Assembly: GCA_963669175.1 (NCBI GenBank)
Contig: OY769902.1
Span: forward strand, 2,400,001-2,464,000
Origin: a bacterium
GTDB taxonomy: Bacteria > Electryoneota > Electryoneia > Electryoneales > Electryoneaceae
Direction of reading: 5' to 3'
Length of the DNA stretch: 64,000 bases
Below, piece after piece: positions 58,934-64,000 of the stretch (its first letter is position 1; each line of letters begins with the position of its first letter). The notes beneath the pieces were generated by a model, which searched no databases, was not told the origin of the DNA, and saw only the letters and a program-made list of their open reading frames with translations. A program made the position numbers and the translations under genes.

Positions 58934-60026
58934 AAACATAAATGAATACCTGCCAGATTCCGTAAGCTCACCCGGTGAGACCTTGTTGGAGGTTCTTGAG
59001 GAACGGGAGATGACGCAGGCAGAACTTTCCAGCCGTACAGGGCTTGCACGGAAAACGATCAACGAAATCATTAAGGGCAAGAATGCCCTTACCCCTGAAA
59101 CTGCTCTTCAGTTGGAACGCGTTTTCAATATATCAGCACGTTTCTGGAACAATCTTGAACAAAACTACCGTGAATATCTTGCTTACGCCAATGAACAGGC
59201 TGAACTGGCAAATTGCGTTGAATGGGTGAAGAAGTTTCCATTATCAGAGATGGTGCGGAAGAAGTACTTAGGCGTTTTACCGAAAGATCCAATTGTAAAA
59301 GTACGAACACTGCTTCAATTTTTCGGTGTGAGTAGTGTTGAACAATGGCGTGAAACCTACAGCAAACCACAATTTGCCTACAGAAGATCAAAGGCGTTTG
59401 AGGCTAAACCAGAACCTCTATCTGCCTGGTTGCGCATGGGTGAGATTGAATCCCAAAAGATGAATCTGAGAGCATTTGATAAGCAGCGTTTTGAAATTGC
59501 ATTGCTATCCATTCGTGATCTGACAAACGAGCCCCCTGCACGCTTTGTCACCCAGATCCAAAAGCTTTGCGCTGAGGCTGGAGTTGCGGTTGTATTTGTG
59601 CCGGAACTGAGGAACAGTACAGCCAGCGGCGCGACACGGTGGCTTTCGCCAAAACACGCATGCATCCAACTCAGCCTGCGTTATAAAACCAATGATCACC
59701 TGTGGTTTACCTTCTTCCACGAAGCGGCTCATATTCTGAAACATGGGAAAAAAGAAGTGTTCCTCGAAGTCGCTTCCGGATCTCCCGAAGGGGAAAAAGA
59801 GATGGAAGCGAACTCGTGGGCCGGAGATTTCCTAATTCCACGTGCCGCCTATAGCCAGTTTGCCAGTGCAGGGAAAAGGCGCTATACCAAAACCGAAATC
59901 AGGCATTTTGCGGCGTCTGTAGGAATCGCGCCTGGTATTGTCGTAGGACGGTTGCAGCATGACAAGTATCTTGATTTTAAGTACTGTAATGATTTGAAGG
60001 AAAAGTACAGGTGGGAGTATAGTTAG
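58923..60026 (+). CDS. higA: HigA-family antitoxin (Xre HTH) fused to an ImmA/IrrE metallopeptidase domain
   Basis: SPGETL.E.LEE..MTQ.EL..R.G...KTINEIIKG...T..TA..LE.......FW; FTFFHEAAH (HExxH) and E.EAN. Confidence 0.85.
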   Translation: MVTENINEYLPDSVSSPGETLLEVLEEREMTQAELSSRTGLARKTINEIIKGKNALTPETALQLERVFNISARFWNNLEQNYREYLAYANEQAELANCVEWVKKFPLSEMVRKKYLGVLPKDPIVKVRTLLQFFGVSSVEQWRETYSKPQFAYRRSKAFEAKPEPLSAWLRMGEIESQKMNLRAFDKQRFEIALLSIRDLTNEPPARFVTQIQKLCAEAGVAVVFVPELRNSTASGATRWLSPKHACIQLSLRYKTNDHLWFTFFHEAAHILKHGKKEVFLEVASGSPEGEKEMEANSWAGDFLIPRAAYSQFASAGKRRYTKTEIRHFAASVGIAPGIVVGRLQHDKYLDFKYCNDLKEKYRWEYS

Positions 60027-60185
60027 ATTCCAATATGGGCAGAGTCTAAATGAGAAGATTCATATTCGGCAAGGTTCTTCAACAATGTCTGAAGCGCCCT
60101 TATAGGATGCTAAGAATTCCAAATATCTTGAAAAAATAGCAGTTTATTGCGATTCGGTTCGATAGAAAAACGATGCGAGGTTAAA

Positions 60186-60848
60186 ATGGATAGTTGGTGG
60201 CAACTTGGTGAATGGTCTGGCATTAGTGGAAACGAGCTAGCAGTCTATCAAATAACATGTCCATTTTGTATGGAAAGAGGTAGCTTTACAACCGTCTATC
60301 ATGGAGAAAAGAAAAAAACAAACTCTCAGAAGAAGCTGAACTTCGATACACTTAAATGCGAAAATTGTGCGGGTTATGTGTTAGTTCTTTGGTCGGCAAG
60401 CAGTTTTAGTGGCAGTCAAGGCATGCATGGATATAAGGTTCTACCATGGCCGTTGAAATATGAAAGTTTTCCAAATCATTGGCCTGAACCTGTAGGAAGA
60501 TACTGGCTTCAAGCAAAAAGCAACATTATTGAAGAAAACTGGGATGCTGCTACCCTTATGGCAAGAAGTGCAATGCAAATTGCGCTTAGAGAAAAAGGAG
60601 CAGAAGGTAAAAATCTGAAACAGGAAATTGAAAATCTCGCTAACAAAGGTGTTTTACCACCAACAATGAAAGAATGGTCAGATCATGTTCGTGAAATAGG
60701 TAATGAATCAGCACATCCTATGCCTGACGCGGAAGCAAAGGATCAAAAGGATGCACAAGATATTATAAAATTTCTTGATTTCTTACTTGAATATCTATAT
60801 GATTTACCATTTAAGATCGGAAAATATAGATCAAGACATGAAAAATAA
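60186..60848 (+). CDS. DUF4145 (HEPN-like) protein with N-terminal zinc ribbon
   Basis: CPFC...CENC; AA..M.R...; L...I..L...G.L; REIGNESAH motif; AT-rich. Confidence 0.75.
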   Translation: MDSWWQLGEWSGISGNELAVYQITCPFCMERGSFTTVYHGEKKKTNSQKKLNFDTLKCENCAGYVLVLWSASSFSGSQGMHGYKVLPWPLKYESFPNHWPEPVGRYWLQAKSNIIEENWDAATLMARSAMQIALREKGAEGKNLKQEIENLANKGVLPPTMKEWSDHVREIGNESAHPMPDAEAKDQKDAQDIIKFLDFLLEYLYDLPFKIGKYRSRHEK

Positions 60849-61063
60849 TGATATTGAAAAGTATATTCATTATTTTATTCATTATAATCATTTCGTGGAC
60901 GACTTTGAGATCGCAGAATTTGTATATCGTGTGGTAAAGTCTTAAAAAGAACAGAAAGGGATCTACTGGAAAATCTTCAATTTATTGAATCACACAGTTT
61001 ACAGCACTCTAACACTTGTCTATATTCCCCTTGACCAAGGGATAGCCGAGTGGGAGGGGGACC

Positions 61064-61300
61064 ATGCGATTTCCTCGAATTGTACTGCTGTCATTGTGTG
61101 CCGCACTGTTTGTTGTGTCCTGTTCGGAAAATGATGAAGATGAAGCTGAGGATCTGGCGCCTGACGTGGGTGTGATCAGTCAGATCCAGACGGCCTCGTT
61201 TGCCATGGATGCCTGCGCACGTGGAACAGAGCTGTATGTCGCAGAAAACAGCGACTGGGTGAACGTGTATGATATCAGCGATCCTGCCAATCCTTTCTAA
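61064..61300 (+). pseudogene. Short, probably truncated LVIVD-repeat lipoprotein
   Basis: Lipobox VVSC; a single LYVA......VYDISDPANP repeat followed by a stop. Confidence 0.5.
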
Positions 61301-61437
61301 CTTCAGACTCAAGTCACACCGCACTTAAAGGGGAGGAATGCTCATCCCTTATCCCCCTTCGCTTTTTCCGAAAAAACATCGTATACTAGTATGCTCTGGC
61401 AGTATCGTTAGCAAAGACAGGAAATGGAGTACGAGTA

Positions 61438-61905
61438 GTGCCGGCAACAACACCAGAAATCAGGAACCGCAAGGCGTACCACGATTACTCGATCGTGGAA
61501 AAGCTCGAGGCAGGGATCTCGCTGCGGGGTACCGAAGTGAAATCAGTCCGTGAGGGCAAGGTTTCGCTACGGGACAGTTATGTCATTTTCGAAAAAGGTG
61601 AGGCCATGCTGGTCGGCATGTCTATATCCGCGTATATCAACCGTGGTTATGCCGATCATCATATTCACCGTCCACGGAAGCTTCTGCTCAAAAGACGCGA
61701 GCTGAAACGGCTGGAACGGCTGAAGCTGGAAAAGGGTATGACCATTATCCCGTTACGGATGTATTTCAATTCTCGTGGGTATGCGAAGGTTGAGATTGCC
61801 CTTGCGACAGGGAAGCGGATGTACGACAAACGCCAGACGATTGCCCAGAAAGATGCCAAGCGCGAATTACAGCGTGCCATGAAGGAGACAAACCGGTGGA
61901 AATAA
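61438..61905 (+). CDS. smpB: SsrA-binding protein
   Basis: NRKA.HDY...EAGI.L.GTEVKS.R; RKLLL; GKRMYDKR. Confidence 0.97.
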   Translation: MPATTPEIRNRKAYHDYSIVEKLEAGISLRGTEVKSVREGKVSLRDSYVIFEKGEAMLVGMSISAYINRGYADHHIHRPRKLLLKRRELKRLERLKLEKGMTIIPLRMYFNSRGYAKVEIALATGKRMYDKRQTIAQKDAKRELQRAMKETNRWK

Positions 61906-62939
61906 TCCGCACGGATGAAGGGGGCCAGATCGAACCACGGGTTCGTTTGAACGAGATCCGCAACCTCGTCGCGAAGGATATGCGTGCCTATCGGAAGCAT
62001 TACCGGCACAGTTTCCGTTCCGGAGTGTTGATCATCGATGAGATCGCGGCGTACCTGCTTGCTTCACGCGGTAAGGGCATGCGTCCCATGCTGACCCTGC
62101 TATGCGCACGTGCCTGCGGTGCGCCGGAAGAACTGCCGGACAAGACACTGACCGCCGCAATGGTGGTCGAAATGCTGCATACCGCGTCCCTGGTCCACGA
62201 TGATGTGGTGGACAGTGCGGATGAACGTCGCGGCAGAAGAACGCTGAATGTCGTATATAACAATAAGGTTGCTGTTCTGTTCGGCGATTTCATGCTGTCA
62301 CGCTCGCTGGCGGGCATGTTCGAACAACGCCGGATGGAAGTGCTGGATCTGTTCAGCGATTGCGCTTTCCGCCTGGCCAAGGGTGAACTGGTTGAGGCGA
62401 TGCGAACCCGCAACCTGGATATTGACAAGCAGACCTATTTCGAGATGGTGTCGGACAAAACGGCTTCGCTGATCAGCGCGGCCTGTCAAATGGCGCCGCT
62501 ATCACTAGGTTTGAGCGATGATTTCCGGGAACCGTTACGTCGCTATGGCGAACTGCTAGGCGTCGCGTTCCAGATTCGAGATGACCTCATTGATCTTGGC
62601 GAGGGCGGCCCGAAAGTCGGCAAACCGCTGGGGCTGGATCTGAGCCAGGCAAAAATCACTCTTCCCCTGATTCATACACTGGAACAGCTTTCCAAGGCAG
62701 AACGCAAGCGTGTGCTGATGAAACTGAAGCGCGCGAAAAAACTTGGTAAGCAGGGTAAAGTTGTTGACTTGATGGATGTAATTGAGTTGATTCGTCAGAA
62801 GAATGGGATCGAGTATTCGCAGAATGTGGCGTTGGATTATGCACGTAAGGCAGGTGAGGCGCTGGCGCCTTTACCCAACAACAAGTACGTGGAAGGTTTG
62901 ATTCGGCTGGCGAGATATGTTGCGGAGCGAAAACGATGA
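61896..62939 (+). CDS. Polyprenyl diphosphate synthase
   Basis: GK.MRP; HTASLVHDDVVD....RRG (FARM); FQIRDDLID (SARM); GK..G.D. Confidence 0.93.
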   Translation: MEIIRTDEGGQIEPRVRLNEIRNLVAKDMRAYRKHYRHSFRSGVLIIDEIAAYLLASRGKGMRPMLTLLCARACGAPEELPDKTLTAAMVVEMLHTASLVHDDVVDSADERRGRRTLNVVYNNKVAVLFGDFMLSRSLAGMFEQRRMEVLDLFSDCAFRLAKGELVEAMRTRNLDIDKQTYFEMVSDKTASLISAACQMAPLSLGLSDDFREPLRRYGELLGVAFQIRDDLIDLGEGGPKVGKPLGLDLSQAKITLPLIHTLEQLSKAERKRVLMKLKRAKKLGKQGKVVDLMDVIELIRQKNGIEYSQNVALDYARKAGEALAPLPNNKYVEGLIRLARYVAERKR

Positions 62940-63958
62940 AGAAACTACTCCTGGTCTCGATGGTAGTGGCGCTGGCGTTTACGCTGAGCGGGTGTGATCT
63001 TGGATTCCTGCCTGCCAGCCAGACACGGACTGCCATGGGCACACAGGTTACCATTACGGCTTACGAAAAATCGCCCACGCTATCGTTCAAATTTATCGAT
63101 GCGGTGATTGATTCGGCTTTTCAGGAGATTTTCCGGATCGAGAAGCTGACACGTTACGAGCAGCTCTATGACCTGAACAGCGCCGCCGGATATGAGGAAA
63201 ATGTCGTCACCGGTAAAGAGTTAAACAAGTTGATCATCCGGGCTTACGGTCTGAACGAAGCAAGTGAAGGACGCTATTGCCCTTACCTGGAACCAGCAAT
63301 CCGTTTGTGGGGATTTGATTCGGATCGCGCGGTAAAACGTGTTCCTGAATTATGGGAAGTTGACAGTGTCCTGGCAATTATGGACAGCACCTATTTCACC
63401 CAAGTGAATGATACACTGGCACGTCTCACCCCACAGGGCGCGGGATTGGATTTGTCCGGTTTTGCAAAGGGATACGCGGTAGACCGGGCTTGTTACGTGC
63501 TGCAATCGCTGGGTATCACAGCGGGAATCGTGGAAGCCGGTGGTGATTTGCGCTGTTTCGGCACCAAACCGAATGGCAAACCCTGGCAGATCGGAGTGCG
63601 TCATCCTCGTAATCTTGACAGCCTGTTTACCACGATAGAGCTGGACAGTGGCGCGGTAGCCACTTCAGGCGATTACGAGAATTATTTCGAGGTGGATGGA
63701 CGATACTATCATCATTTGCTTGACCCGATAACCGGTCAACCTTCGTATCGTTCCGCGTCAGCTACTGTGGTAGCGGCATCATGCGCCGACGCGGATGCCT
63801 GGGCAACAGCCTTCTTTGTACTCGGCCCTGAGAATGGGGTTACCATGGCGCAAAGATACAATCTGGATGCACTTATAATACGAGATATCGGTGGTGATAT
63901 TACTTCGAACGAGACCAGGGGTATGAAGCGGATGCGTTTGGATGAAGACGAGGAATAG
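62936..63958 (+). CDS. apbE: FAD:protein FMN transferase lipoprotein
   Basis: Lipobox LSGC; AMGT; DLSGFAKGYAVD; AGGD; ATSGDYE; HHLLDP.TG; ADAWATA. Confidence 0.93.
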   Translation: MKKLLLVSMVVALAFTLSGCDLGFLPASQTRTAMGTQVTITAYEKSPTLSFKFIDAVIDSAFQEIFRIEKLTRYEQLYDLNSAAGYEENVVTGKELNKLIIRAYGLNEASEGRYCPYLEPAIRLWGFDSDRAVKRVPELWEVDSVLAIMDSTYFTQVNDTLARLTPQGAGLDLSGFAKGYAVDRACYVLQSLGITAGIVEAGGDLRCFGTKPNGKPWQIGVRHPRNLDSLFTTIELDSGAVATSGDYENYFEVDGRYYHHLLDPITGQPSYRSASATVVAASCADADAWATAFFVLGPENGVTMAQRYNLDALIIRDIGGDITSNETRGMKRMRLDEDEE

Positions 63959-63961
63959 CGT

Positions 63962-64000
63962 ATGCGCATTGGTATAGTTCGGTTGAGTTCACTGGGGGAC
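63962..64000 (+). CDS. Start of a glycosyltransferase family 9 protein (LPS heptosyltransferase-like), truncated by the window end
   Basis: MRIGIVRLSSLGD is the characteristic GT9 N-terminus; only 13 codons are visible. Confidence 0.7.
   Translation, partial: MRIGIVRLSSLGD

Noticed and set aside
61301-61905. tmRNA (ssrA) or tRNA next to smpB as an island integration site
   Set aside because: No GGGG(C/G)TG...CCACCA-type ends or cloverleaf seen, and no integrase in the window.

Overview
Chromosomal window from a Gram-negative bacterium, inferred to belong to the FCB superphylum: it has five proteins with a PNPFN/PDPFN-type C-terminal secretion (T9SS type A-like) domain and a GT9 LPS heptosyltransferase start. 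Left to right: envelope/secreted proteins and an orphan histidine kinase; a YeiH-family transporter divergent from a dissimilatory sulfite reductase cluster dsrA-B-D-L-C-N; a 1986-aa DUF4011/SF1-helicase/Vsr-like/DUF3320 (Hhe-like) defence protein with an intact IS4 element (15-bp IRs, 9-bp target duplication) inserted 29 nt upstream of its start; two large secreted proteins (S8 protease, FG-GAP) sharing a paralogous C-terminal stalk; a repeat-rich junction; a 13-kb spike-only T6SS-like operon (three different VgrGs, DUF2169-pentapeptide, pentapeptide, DUF3540, DUF4150/PAAR-like); a TetR-ABC efflux cassette; two more secreted proteins (one very AT-rich); a cNMP-domain/aspartase fusion; pyrR-pyrB-pyrC; a HigBA(ImmA)+DUF4145 islet; smpB, polyprenyl synthase, apbE. 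The best candidate for an undescribed system is the triple-VgrG operon. The three VgrGs are divergent in sequence, yet their C-terminal tails match in length (214/215/215 aa by manual count) and carry about 21 heptads each, which suggests a heterotrimeric extended spike. One subunit has a ~195-aa Asp/Gly/Glu insertion, and the adjacent adaptor has a Lys/Ala-rich linker. All family calls come from motif recognition by eye; no searches were run.
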